Shown piece after piece: positions 11,971-24,685 of a stretch of DNA of 64,000 nucleotides. Position numbers and translations under genes: made by a program. Each line of letters starts with the position of its first letter. The stretch's first letter is position 1. The notes below the pieces were generated by a model, which was not told the origin of the DNA, did no database searches, and was given only the letters and a program-made list of their open reading frames with translations. This stretch comes from Octopus bimaculoides (Eukaryota): positions 54,028,244 through 54,092,243 of the forward strand of contig NC_068988.1 in NCBI RefSeq assembly GCF_001194135.2, written 5' to 3'.

Positions 11971-12180
11971 GGCACTCTGTCGCTTAAAATGCCTATGAGG
12001 GATCCAATTGATCCAATCAATGGAACAACCTGTTTGTGAAATCAACATGCATGTGGCTGAGCACTCCACAGACACATGTAACCTTAATGTAGTCTTCTGG
12101 GATATTCAGCGTGGCACAAGATGTGACAAAGCTGGCCCTTTGAAAAACAGGTACTACTCATTTTTGGTAGCTGAGTGAAT
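11971..12180 (-). mobile_element. SINE family B 3' half
   Basis: Reverse match to 850-1060. Confidence 0.75.
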
Positions 12181-13055
12181 GACATACATAAACAGACATA
12201 CACATACATACAAACATACATATATATACTTACACAATATTGAAGTGATATAAGAGGCATTTGCACGACCTCACCTTAAACTGTGGCATTATCACTATCA
12301 AGACTACCCACCCTACCTGTCACAAGCATGACCACTACCTTCAATGTACCCTACTCACAAACTTCTCCACCACAACCATTTCCAGATAAAGCACGGCAAT
12401 ATTTTATACTCCATTCTAACAAAGCACTGTGCATTGTTATCTCTGCATATGAGCCATTGTGAGAGCCTTTATGTGGTCAATCAATCTGCCAGAAATAGCA
12501 ACTGAATTGCTTTCAAATCATATTCTATTGTCTTAGAAAGAGAAAGGGGTTCATTGGAATATATAGTTGTAGACAACCATGTAAAGTTGGGATGGCTACG
12601 TATGAAATGATTTTGATCAAAGGTCTACTTCATCAGATTTGACATGAGACTAAATAATATCAATAATATATCTGTCTAGTTATGTCACAGTTGTGTTAAA
12701 CTCATTAACTGCAACAATATCTAATTTCCCAACACTGTCTTTTTGTTATCATAGTTTAGTTTAGCTTACCATTAAAATTACTAATTTCTGGGGGAGGTTT
12801 TGCTGAGTCAGGTTTTAGTGAGCAACATGGTTCTTTTTTCAATTTTCTTTTTAAACTGCTTAAATTTTTTTTTTAAACTGGAAAAACAAAAACAAAACAT
12901 TTTTTAAACAGAATAAAGCTTTGTTCCTTTAGAGTATTTATCATTGCCAATTACATACCCAAGATGTAACTTGATTCATTGCTGAGAAGATTTTAAAAAT
13001 TAAATTTTTTTCAATTTTACTCTTTAGGAGCTCAATGTGTTCAGTGCATATACTA

Positions 13056-13470
13056 TCATCATCATCATCATCGTTTAACGTCCGCTTTCCATGCTAGCAT
13101 GGGTTGGGTGATTTGACTGAGAACTGGTGGACCAGGACGCGACACTAAGCTCCAATCTGATTTGGCAGAGTTTCTACAGCTGGATGCCCTTCCTAACACC
13201 AACCACTCCGAGAGTGTAGTAGGTGTTTTACGTGCCACCAGTACGAGGGCCAGTCAGGCGGTACTGGTGATGGCCACGCTCGAAATGGTGTATTTTATGT
13301 GTCACCTGCACAGGAGCCAGTCCATCGGCACTGGCAACGATCTCGCTCGAATGTCTTTTCACATTCCACTGGCACAAGTGCCAGGGAGGCGACGTTGGTA
13401 ATAATCAACGGCCACACTCGAAATGGTATTTTACATGTCACCTGCATAGGGGCCAGCCCATCGGCACTGG
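13056..13470 (-). mobile_element. RTE LINE 3' UTR with tandem units
   Basis: Same tail and TTTTACGTGCCACC-type units as 62893-63335. Confidence 0.85.
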
Positions 13471-13911
13471 CAATGATCTTTACTTGTAATATAGTATGTC
13501 TAAAAAGACATACTATATTACAAGTAATAAACTGCTTATGTATTCTGCTGTTAGTTTGAGTTTTTAGTTCGATGGTTCTGCTTAAGAGATTTGAATCTGG
13601 CTGTAATTTTTCTTTCAACTCACAAATCCAGTGATAAATTATCAATGTTTCCACTTCTCCTTCTCACTGTCTCTCTGTCTGTCAATCTGTCTGTCTGTCA
13701 ATCTGTCTGTCTGTCTGTATCTCCCCGCCCCACACTCTCTTTCTCTTTCTCTCTTCTTTCTTTTTGCAAGATATAGCAAATTATTGAAGACTGGATCTCC
13801 TGATGTCTTAGCTATCAAAACTCAATTAACTGAAACTTTGATGAACGGAAATGTGTGGAATCAAATATACTTTTCAATTACACAGTGTTCATACCTTCAA
13901 TTGATTTGAAC

Positions 13912-13965
13912 TCATAATACTGCACTCCTTCTCTGTCACTTTAGAGAAGGAGTGCAGTATTATGA
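13912..13965. repeat. Perfect 23-bp inverted repeat with 8-nt loop
   Basis: TCATAATACTGCACTCCTTCTCT / AGAGAAGGAGTGCAGTATTATGA. Confidence 0.95.
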
Positions 13966-14546
13966 ACCATATGCAGTATTATAAACCATAAATAAAATAC
14001 TACTAGTGACATTTGTGCTAGGGATAATTTCTGTTAATTTCTCAACAGAGACCTATACAACACATTTGCTACCCTATCTGATACCTATATGGTTTTAACG
14101 TATATCAGTCTCTGACACTCATTAGTTTCTGTCATAAATTTGTTTCTGTCATCTAGCTGCATTGCAGTTACCATAGACAGGCGGCCTGCAATGCAGCTTA
14201 TGAAGTGTACTGAATGCATTTTATAGGGCCAACTAGAGATGTTTTCAATGTAAGTTAAGCTGAAGAGTCCTTTTAACAATTCCCAACTTGATGGGTAGTC
14301 AGGGATGTGGCTTATAGAGTTATATATATATATATATATATATATNNNNNNNNNNNNNNNNNNNNNNNNNNNNNNNNNNNNNNNNNNNNNNNNNNNNNNN
14401 NNNNNNNNNNNNNNNNNNNNNNNNNNNNNNNNNNNNNNNNNNNNNNNNNNNNNNNNNNNNNNNNNNNNNNNNNNNNNNNNNNNATGTACAAGTGAGTAGA
14501 CAAATAAAAGAAGGGTATTCAAAACCCTTATTGGGTGATACATGTG

Positions 14547-14694
14547 TGGATCAAAACAGTTTGATTCAAACTCCTTGGTACTCTGAGTTTCAAGCATGTC
14601 GCTAATCTTGGCCATCAGACTCTGATGACTGAAAACTAGTGGTATGCTTGAAATTCAGAGTACCAAGAAGTTTAATTCAAACAGTTTTGATCCA
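14547..14694. repeat. Fold-back palindrome (MITE-like)
   Basis: About 50-bp outer arms TGGATCAAAAC...TTTCAAGCAT with a few mismatches; centre CATCAGA-C-TCTGATG. Confidence 0.9.
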
Positions 14695-14695
14695 T

Positions 14696-14743
<48 letters not shown>

Positions 14744-14895
14744 GTATATATGTTACAAAAAATAAGGTATCCAAAGATCTGGATGATTGTACCTATATGT
14801 ACAACCATCCAGATCTCTGAATACCTTATTTTTTCTAATATATGATATCTGTACATCACCTCCAAACCTTCTACTATATATATATATATTGGATA

Positions 14896-15331
14896 GGCGT
14901 AGGAGTGGCTGTGTGGTAAGTAGCTTGCTTACCAACCATATGGTTCTGGGTTCAGTCCCACTGAGTGGCACCTTGGGCAAGTATCTTCTACTATAGCCTT
15001 GGGCCCACCAAAGCCTTGTGAGTGGATTTGGTAGACGGAAACTGAAAGAAGCCCATCATATATATGCATATACACGTATATATGTGTGTGTGTGAGTGTG
15101 TGTGTGTGTGTGTGTGTATGTTTGTGTGTCTGTGTTTGTCCCCATTACATCGCTTGACAACCGATGCTGGTGTGTTTACGTCCCTGTAACTTAGCGGTTC
15201 AGAAAAAGAGACTGATAGAATAAGTACTAGGCTTACAAAGAATAAGTCCTGGGGTCGATTTGCTCGACTAAAGGCAGTGCTCCAGCATGGCCACAGTCAA
15301 ATGACTGAAACAAGAAAAAGAGTAAAGAGTA
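14896..15331 (+). mobile_element. SINE family A, best complete copy
   Basis: GGCGTAGGAGTGGCTGTGTGGTAAG head, GGTTCAGTCCC B box, CORE-like GGCACCTTGGGCAAGT, internal (TA)/(TG) array, tail GCAGTGCTCCAGCATGGCCACAGTCAAATGACTGAAAC. Confidence 0.9.
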
Positions 15332-15715
15332 TATGTAAAGGTATGGGAGGTATTGGTATCCAGAAGTCACAAGGTGGCAGGTAACGCTATGAAAGTGCTA
15401 TGGAAGAACGATGTGTGATGCTTAAATAGCCCCCTTTGAATGAACAGCACATGGAATCTACGTCTCCACACTTTCCATTTCTGATGGCAAAACTCCTATT
15501 GGAATTTACATACCATGGGCAGGAAGAATTTCTACCACTTCTACACACCACTTTCCTTGGATAATGGAATTGCAACTATAACATTTTTATACACTTTTCT
15601 TTTTATTTCTACATTCATTCTCTTATTTCCCTATACACTCCTTATTTGCTTACTTTTCTAAAATAACTCCTCATATTGAAATCTAATATTTTTCTCTATT
15701 TAACCATCATACATC

Positions 15716-15763
15716 GTCTCTGATGAAGGGATATCTCTAATAGCCCAGAAACAGCTGTTAAGA
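15716..15763 (+). ncRNA. Minimal type I hammerhead ribozyme-like motif in a Penelope-like terminal region
   Basis: GTCT-CTGATGA-A-GGG(A)TAT..ATA(G)CCC-A-GAAA-CAGCTG-TA-AGAC; stem I GTCT/AGAC, palindromic stem III; preceded by T-rich tract. Confidence 0.75.
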
Positions 15764-16671
15764 CTAACTTTCTCTTTGTAAATGTCCTGAAAATTCCACA
15801 CAGCCTTGGCATTGCTGTCTCATTTTATTTAGCATGTATACATATCTACGTATATATATNNNNNNNNNNNNNNNNNNNNNNNNNNNNNNNNNNNNNNNNN
15901 NNNNNNNNNNNNNNNNNNNNNNNNNNNNNNNNNNNNNNNNTATATATAAATGTTTTTATGTTCAGCTGTACTAAAAGCAATTTAACATTAAACTGAAGAA
16001 TTACTCAATACTTTTTGTAGAGTATATATTTATTTTACTTTTGTAAGAATTGAGATGACAGTGACTTCAAACTTTCAGCCTGCTAACCTTTGTCAGACTG
16101 TATATACACATATATAAACATAGACATATATTCACAGATACATATAGACACATGCATGAATAAAAAAATTACAAACACTGACATATATATGTCTTATATT
16201 ATATCATACTATATTATATATATATATGTGTTCTTATAAACTATATAATAATTGTGTTTTGTAAGAATTATTAAAACAGCTGTAGGAATGAATATTTTGA
16301 ATTATCATTCAAATTGTTTTCTATTATTCTTTTAAATGTGTTTTACTCAGCTATGCATTTTATCCTATTTCACAGAATATGCAATGCTGTGTATGCTCTA
16401 ATATAACTGCTTATTTGTCATGGATACACTGCAGATCATAATATCAAATATGTGTGTGTGTGTGTGTGTATATATTTATGTAAATTTTTAAATGCATACC
16501 TATGCACATATACTCAAGGGGTATTCAAAAAGTTTTCAGTCTGCTTATGAAATAAAAATAAAAGTATTTTTTTTCCCTGCTGTCTTGTCATTAAGTTTGT
16601 TAGACTCAAAACTTCTGGAATACACACACACGTATATGTATATGTGTATAAAGAGAGAGAGAGAGAGAGAA

Positions 16672-16723
<52 letters not shown>

Positions 16724-17203
16724 AAGAAAGAGAGAGTGAGAGATATATATATATATATAGAGAGAGAGAGAGTTTAAACAACATTGTTGTATCATATAAA
16801 TGAATGATTACAGCTACTGGATAGAGTAAAATATCTATTAAAACACATATTGACTTTATGGACCCCTTCTGTGAGATAAGAGCTAAACAGAAGAGATAAT
16901 GGTGTTATGTTTAGAGACCAGGGTGAAGGAATAAGTGGTTTAATCACAATAATCCACATCAATATTTCCCCTCTTATTTTTTCTCTCAGCATGTTTCATC
17001 CAAACCTTTAGTTGGATAGAATTGTTGGACACAAAAGCCTGTTAACAAAACAGAATCTGACTGGTTGCAAATAAGAAGCTGCAAGTCTCCATTAACAAGA
17101 GCTTGAGTGAATGTGACTGTAAACGAAATGTTATTATTCCTCTCCTACACAGAAGATCACATTTACTGCTTTCGCATATTTCATATCTGCACACCTACAA
17201 ATG

Positions 17204-17236
<33 letters not shown>

Positions 17237-17536
17237 GTATATGCATGTATATATGTATGTATGTACATATGTATGTATGTATGTATTTGTGTGTGTATAT
17301 GTGCATATATATATATACATGTATGCAAATATGTATATTTACATGTGTGTGTATGCATAAGTACATATATGTATATTTGTGTATGTGTGTACAGTAATGT
17401 AAGAGTTGTAAAATATCAATAATATATTTTACATAATGCACACATTATCTGATATAGAACTCAATATGCTCAGTAGAGTGTATATACATACATACATACA
17501 TACATACATACATACAAACATACATACATATATATG

Positions 17537-17584
<48 letters not shown>

Positions 17585-18375
17585 NNNNNNNNNNNNNNNN
17601 NNNNNNNNNNNNNNNNNNNNNNNNNNNNNNNNNNNNNNNNNNNNNNNNNNNNNNNNNNNNNNNNNNNNNNNNNNNNNNNNNNNNNNNNNNNNNNNNNNNN
17701 NNNNNNNNNNNNNNNNNNNNNNNNNNNNNNNNNNNNNNNNNNNNNNNNNNNNNNNNNNNNNNNNNNNNNNNNNNNNNNNNNNNNNNNNNNNNNNNNNNNN
17801 NNNNNNNNNNNNNNNNNNNNNNNNNNNNNNNNNNNNNNNNNNNNNNNNNNNNNNNNNNNNNNNNNNNNNNNNNNTATATATTATATCAGAATTATTAGCC
17901 TACTCTGAACTCTGAGTTTCTGGCAACTTTGATTTGATATGATATGTGGGTGTGTGTGTACATATACATACATATACATATACATATATATATATATATA
18001 TATATGGTCATTTTAGCATCCACTTTTCCATGGGATGGACAGAATTCGTTGAGACAGAATTTGTTGAGATGAAATTTTTCAATGCTACCTTCTGTCACCA
18101 ACCTTCTCCAGTTTTCAAGTAAAGTAACATTTCTCCATGAGCAGGCATGTCTTGGAAGACTGGAAATGAAGGAAATCGCTTGCATGATGGTCTTTATTGA
18201 AACTGAGGCAGAGAATTTGTTTTGCTACATGAGCATCACATCATGGTGGGCATGAAACTAGAGTTGCAAGACAAATTCTCAGCTTCTGCTTAAAAAAAAA
18301 ACCCATCATGCAAGCAGTGTCCTTTGTTTCAAATCTTTCAAGACATATCAATTGTTCAACATAAAGCAATGTGCA

Positions 18376-18442
<67 letters not shown>

Positions 18443-18516
18443 ATATATTATGATTGACCGTTGACTGAACACTATTCAATTTTTTTTTCTCCGTGTTTTT
18501 CTCCTTGTCTCCGTAT

Positions 18517-18553
18517 TCTTTCTGTTGAAGAGCGTAGCTCGAAACGTCAAAGA
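18517..18553 (+). ncRNA. Minimal loop-less hammerhead-like motif with variant core
   Basis: TCTTT-CTGTTGA-A-GAGC GTA GCTC-GAAA-CG-TC-AAAGA; perfect stems I and II, palindromic ACGT stem III, core CUGUUGA (A6U). Confidence 0.6.
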
Positions 18554-20044
18554 CTTTCCGTATTCCCGAGCGTCATACTAATATATACTTTTGTTATTTA
18601 CACCACCTGTCCTCGTCTGTTGTTATTTTTTGTATATTCTCCCATATATNNNNNNNNNNNNNNNNNNNNNNNNNNNNNNNNNNNNNNNNNNNNNNNNNNN
18701 NNNNNNNNNNNNNNNNNNNNNNNNNNNNNNNNNNNNNNNNNNNNNNNNNNNNNNNNNNNNNNNNNNNNNNNNNNNNNNNNNNNNNNNNNNNNNNNNNNNN
18801 NNNNNNNNNNNNNNNNNNNNAAAGGTTTTCAATTTAGTTGTATTTAGCATAATTTCACTTATGATTAAATTTTATTAGATTTTCACTAAAAAAAAAATTC
18901 TGTTTAACAGGTATCACATTGAAAGCTATAAAATTATGAAGTGTTTGTGTTGTTTATAATAAACTTTATTTTACATTTCTTGCTCACAAGAGATAATGTC
19001 CGATCTCTAGCATATGTCTTCTCAAATCACGATCACAGGAAAAGTTGTTGATAATTCTTATCAACAAAAACAAAGCTGATAAATATGCACAAGTGTTGCA
19101 AAATAAGTTTAATTACCAATAAACATCAGCTTGGATGACACTTTACTCAACCAACTGAGGAAGGTGACTGATCAAACTGATTATGTAAACAGAATTCTGA
19201 CTGGTCGAAGGTGTCTTCTCATCTCAAGCTCTGATTTTTTGCCTATTCTTGTCGGAACCTTTGATATGGAGTATTGAAATTTCAATCCCTTTCACACTTA
19301 TAAAATGTCAAGCAAACTTTAAAATTTGTCATTACTGTTATAGCCAGGAAACGAAACCGATAGTTTGGTAACCCACTAAAATAAACATTAAAAATTGAAA
19401 GGAGAAAATTAGCAGCTTTTGCAAGTTTAACTCAGTGTTTATTGAACAAGAGAGGTCCGAAATTTAAGAAGCAACTTGTTAGAATATACACGTCTGTGAG
19501 GAAACATAAACAAGAATAGTAAAAATCTATTATACCAAAAGAACTGGTAATACATACATTACAAGTGTTCTATGAAGAGAACATAAGATTGCTGCATAAT
19601 TTCACATGAATGTGTAACGACATTAAACATCATATAAGGTAAATGAAGGTTTCTGTAGGAACGCTAAGTTATATTCACTTAGTGAGTTTACATGCACAAG
19701 GATGAATTATGATGTTGTTATTAGTGTCAGATGCAGTAAGAGCTGGTAGTGGCGATGTTGGCAGCGAGGAATTTCATTGCCTAATGCAGAGAAAGCGAGC
19801 AATAGCTTCCTGGAGGCAAACACAAGCTAGACATCTTAAGTGGAGAAAAACTGATCTATTTAAGGAAATTGCTGGGCTCCATTGCGATGGGTAGAAACTC
19901 TAAGCAATGTAAAATATGGCTTGGACTGTGATTACCAGCATGAACATCAAACTTCAAAAAGTAGTTAACCATTTAATGGTTCTAATAAATTTATACAGAA
20001 AAATTTATGTATATATATATATATATATGTATATATTCATGTGT

Positions 20045-20406
20045 CTCTATTTTGTTCCCCCCCACCACCATCACTTGACAACCGATGTTGGTGTGTTTAT
20101 GTCCCTGTAATTTGGCGGTTCAACAAAAGAGACCAATAGGATAAGTACTAGGTTTACAAAGAATAAGTCCTGGGGTTGATTTGTTCGACTAAAGGCGGTG
20201 CTCCAGCATGGCTGTAGTCAAATGACTGAAACAAGTAAAAGAATAAAAGAATATACATATGTATATATATGATGGACTTCTTTCAGTTTCCAAATATCAG
20301 CCCTAGGTTATAATAAAAGACACTTGCCCAGGGTACCACACAGTGGAACTGAACTCAGAAACATGTGGTTGGGAAGCAAACTTCTTACCACACAGCCACA
20401 CCTGTG
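20045..20406. mobile_element. SINE family A tail (+, 20045-20250) facing a SINE A head (-, 20274-20406)
   Basis: Direct matches to the 14896-15331 consensus halves in opposite orientations. Confidence 0.8.
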
Positions 20407-20734
20407 TCTATTTATAGCTAGCAAGGCCCTAATAATTTTATTTTCTCTGACCCTCAAATCAAAATAATTTTTTTACATATTTTTCTATAAATGGAAATCT
20501 CATTTAGATCCCCGTGTCTCAATAATTTTCTTTTCCTTAAAAAAAATGGTCACAATAGAATGGAATGAGAATCTAAAAAAAAAAAAATAAATTAAATCCA
20601 TGAAAGGAAGAAAGACAAACAAACAATGAATCAAGTAAAAGCATTGAAAATGTAAAGAATTGACGTGAGTCTTAATAATATTCCGGTGAGATTTGAATAT
20701 CAAAATTATAGAATATAGATAGAATAATCACTGC

Positions 20735-21250
20735 TACTACCACTACACCAACAATAACAACAACAATAATTACAAAAAAAGAACATTATGAATTGACAAC
20801 ATATTTTGTTGTGATGAATAATTTATTTTCACTTGGAGGAAATGTGGTGGTGATGGCNNNNNNNNNNGTGGTGGTGGTAGTGATGGTAGTGGTGATGGTG
20901 GTTGTGATAGTGGCAATGGTGATGGTAGTGGTGATGGTGGTGGAGGTGGTAGTGGTGGTGGTTGTGGTGGTGGTCATGACGATGATTTGGATAGTAATAA
21001 TAAGAGCAGTAATAAGTATGATGATAGCAATAGTGATGGGTGAAGTGGTAATGACAGTGTTAACCATGTTGGGGTAGAATGGTTAGTTGTTGTTGTTGGT
21101 GGTGGTAGTAATGATGGTGAGGCAAATGATGACGATGAGGAGAAAGTGGATAACGATAAGGGTACCAACAACGACGACAACAACAACAACAACAACAATA
21201 TTAATGTGATGCTGGTGGTTGTGGTGGTGGAGATGGCAGAGGCGATATAT
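20735..21250. repeat. Compound trinucleotide low-complexity tract (GGT/GAT/AAC)
   Basis: Mosaic of imperfect triplet runs. Confidence 0.9.
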
Positions 21251-21901
21251 AAATAAACAAATAAAGAAAGGCAGTGATAGAAATTGGAATTTTCCGAACT
21301 GAATAGGAAGAGGAAGCCAAAGATTGTGAGATAATACGAAGGTAAACTAACATTGGAAACTATCACTTGAATCATGCAAATCAATAAACATGGTATTATC
21401 GGAGCAGATCAAGAGACCAATGCAACAAAACATCAAGATCCACTTCCAAATGGTTTTCACTTAATCCATTCTAATGAAATATAACAGAAGCAATAATCTG
21501 TTCTAATGAAACAGAACTGAAGTGATCTTCTCGCCTTCGATCTATGTTAATATTAAAGGACTTGGTAAACTGCATGCCTGTTTTACTGTATTTATTCCTG
21601 GCATGAAGTGTCCCTCCCCCAACCATACATTTCCTTCTCTCTTTTTCATTCTACAGAGCAACATTTCCTGGAGATTCTTCCATTCTATTTTTATTTAACT
21701 CATTCAGTTACCATTCTATTTCACTTTACTTTACTGAACTCCAAAAACTCAAGCCATCATGGGAGACTCTATGTTTTTGATTAAATTTAAAAAAGGCAGC
21801 TAAATCTTCCTCAAATCATGAATCAGAATCTTAAAATTTGCATAAAAACAAAAGAGAGAGAAAGGAAGGATATAGTGTGTAGTGTCGTCCTAGATATGCT
21901 A

Positions 21902-22150
21902 TGTGGAGGTGCATGGTTTAGTGGTTAGGGTGTTGGATTCATGATTGTAAGATTGTGGTTTCAATTACTGGACCGGGCAATGTGCTGTGTTTTTGAACAA
22001 AACACTTTATTTCACGTTACTTCAGTCCACTCAGCTGGCAAAAATGAATAATCCTGTGATGGACTGGCGTCCTGTCCAGGTGGGGAATGAATATGCTATG
22101 GAAACTGGGAAACCAGCCCTTATGAGTCAGGATGACTCAAGAAGGTAACT
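21902..22150 (+). mobile_element. SINE with family B head and V-domain-like segment
   Basis: TGGTTTAGTGGTTAGGG head; CCTGTGATGGACTGGCGTCCTGTCCAGG resembles the V-SINE domain; reverse copy at 29790-30000. Confidence 0.7.
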
Positions 22151-22429
22151 TTACTTTTACTTAGACATACTATAATTGTTTGAAAATAGGATGGTCACTG
22201 CTTGAAGGGTTTTCCATCATAAAGTTGATTTCTTGATCAAAGCTACTCTGGACCTATACTGTAATGACAACATGAACCAAACCAACATAGAGGGGTCCTC
22301 TATACAATCATTCAAGATGCTAGAAACAGGAGTCATGTCTCCCTCAAATCACATTCTACTGTCTTAAAAGACTGAATAACTTAGACTTAAATACACTCGC
22401 CACCAAAACCACCACCACCACCACTATTA

Positions 22430-22790
22430 CTGTCATTTAACAGCCCAACGTTCCAAGCTAGCATGGGTTGGATAGTTTGACAGGATCCAATGCATCCAAG
22501 GACTGCATTGTGCTCCAATGTCTGTTTTGGCATGGTTTCTATGGCTGGATACCCTTCCTAGCACCAGTTGCTTTGCAGCATGTAGTGGGTGATTTCTTTC
22601 ATACAATCAGTACTAGTGAGGGTACCATTCAGCTTGCAGGACTACAAACCCCATGCTCGGAAATGAGGAGTAAAGAAAGAAAAAGTATGAGAGAAAAGGG
22701 CTGGGCAGAACAGATTTCTTGCTGTACAGAATGCACATGACTACTCACATCTTAGAAGTTAAATTGGGATTGATCTTGTGGAGCTAGAAA
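22430..22790 (-). mobile_element. Divergent RTE LINE 3' tail
   Basis: TTTAACAGCCC...CCAAGCTAGCATGGGTTGGA...GGCTGGATACCCTTCCTA. Confidence 0.65.
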
Positions 22791-23230
22791 GCAAAAAAAG
22801 TGTGATGAGGTCAGTGTGAACCTTTAAGGTACAAAATGGGTAGGAATGATCCCTATGTCTCAATAAAGTTCTTTTCTTTAAAAAAAATCACAAAAGAATG
22901 GAAAGAGAATCTAAAAAAATAAAATCCATGAAAGGAAGAAAGACAAACAATGAATCAAATAAAAGCATTGAATATATAAAGAACTGACGTGAGTCTTAAT
23001 AATAATATTTCAGTGAGATTTGAATGTCAAAATTGTAGGAGGAAGATAGAATAGTCACTGTTACTATCACTAGACCAACGATAACAGAGGGAACAAGAGT
23101 GAGTTTGGAGTGGGGAGTAGGAGATGTGTAATAGTGCAAAACTGCAGGATGGTCATGATCGACATACCTTTTTAATCATAGGTCTAAGCGCTTGATTAGG
23201 GAATTTAACACCAACCATAAACAGAATGAG

Positions 23231-23459
23231 CTAATTCTTCAGCATTCATATTTCTTCGTCAAATGTATTTTCTTAATTATTCACAATGTCTTGAATTAAT
23301 CAAGCATTATCTCAAAGCATTGAGATTTCAACGATGTGATTGTTTATTCTTAGAATGACATTGTAGGATAGGTGTAAGAGGTTGGATCTGGTTAGTTCTA
23401 ACATAAAACTGGTAGATTATTTGGGCCGGATATGGTCAGATTAAATGCTAAAGGGTTAA
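23231..23459. mobile_element. piggyBac-like MITE (decayed left end)
   Basis: Right end AATGCTAAAGGG|TTAA; left end CTAA|TTCTTCAGCATT is a degenerate inverted match. Confidence 0.55.
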
Positions 23460-23504
23460 ATTAGCTAGAAATAGAAGCTAGATCACACTTTTTATTTTCT
23501 GATA

Positions 23505-23670
23505 GAGATGAGAGGTTTCTGGTAGAGAAGAGAGGGTTTCCTGTAGAGAATAGAGGTCTCTGCTACTGAAAAGGGGTTTCCAGTAGAGAACAGAGGTTTC
23601 TGATAGAGAAGAACAGTTTCTGTTATTGGTAGAGAGGTTTCTGGTTTAGCTAGAGAAGTTTCTGATACAG
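23505..23670. repeat. Degenerate minisatellite, unit about 20 bp
   Basis: Recurring AGAGGTTTCTGGTAGAGAA-like units. Confidence 0.75.
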
Positions 23671-24262
23671 GTGGTGGGAGCCAGAATGGGTGGATGCATT
23701 GTGAGTGAGAGAGCAAGTGAGTGAAGACTCAAGGCAACATTACAAGGGAATCAAACAGCTTTATGAGAGAGAGAAAATACATAAATTGTCAACAAGTCAA
23801 AAAGCAACCTACATTGGATGAAATATTATAATTATCACAAAAAAAAAGACAGGATTACTATATATATGTGTGTGTGTGTGTGTGTATTATTTTTGAACTT
23901 ATATATTTTTATCTTTTCTCTTCTATTCTAATAAATTATCATTGTTTCTTTTCAACTTTATATGGATTCAAAACTAACAATAAATGACCACATGAAAATC
24001 ATCAAAGTTGTTGTTATGTACATAAGACAGGAAACTTAATAGAAAGATGCTGCTACCAAGTTCAAAGCTAACATCTTAACAATTTTGTTGAGGTCATCTA
24101 TCATTAATTTCCAATCCATCTATCATTAATTTTCAATCCATAGTGAGATGAAGAGAAAAATAATTAGTATATATATAAATATACATGAATGTACATACAT
24201 ACATACATACATATATATATATATATGTATGTATGTGTATATATGCGTGTGTGTATATACAT

Positions 24263-24306
<44 letters not shown>

Positions 24307-24685
24307 ACAGTGTGCAGGAGAATGCAAAGTAAGCATAGTATTGATATCACAGTGTAGTGCTTAGATATTTGAGAACTTAATTCCAACTCCTTTATCTTGG
24401 GTTAGTGCCTCTGGTGTTGAAAGTTGTCTGTAAGAACAATCTTTATCACACTGTTAGGGAGGTAGAAAGATAAATACAAGTAGGCTTAATGTGAATATTT
24501 TCATGGAATACAAAATACAGAGTATAAGAAAAAGAAATACAGTAAAGGAAAGGAGTTATATAATAGTCTTATCTTAACAGCTGTTTCAGGAATATCATGG
24601 CTTATGCTGTAGCTATGTTCATATGCTGTAACTATGGTCATACATAATAAATGCCCATGATGTCATAGGTGTGTGTAACATCACA

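Noticed and set aside
14622-14645. CTGATGA-CT-GAAA as a hammerhead
   Set aside because: No stem II and no UH triplet with a valid stem I/III
14896-14975. tRNA genes
   Set aside because: A/B boxes belong to SINE heads; no complete cloverleaf
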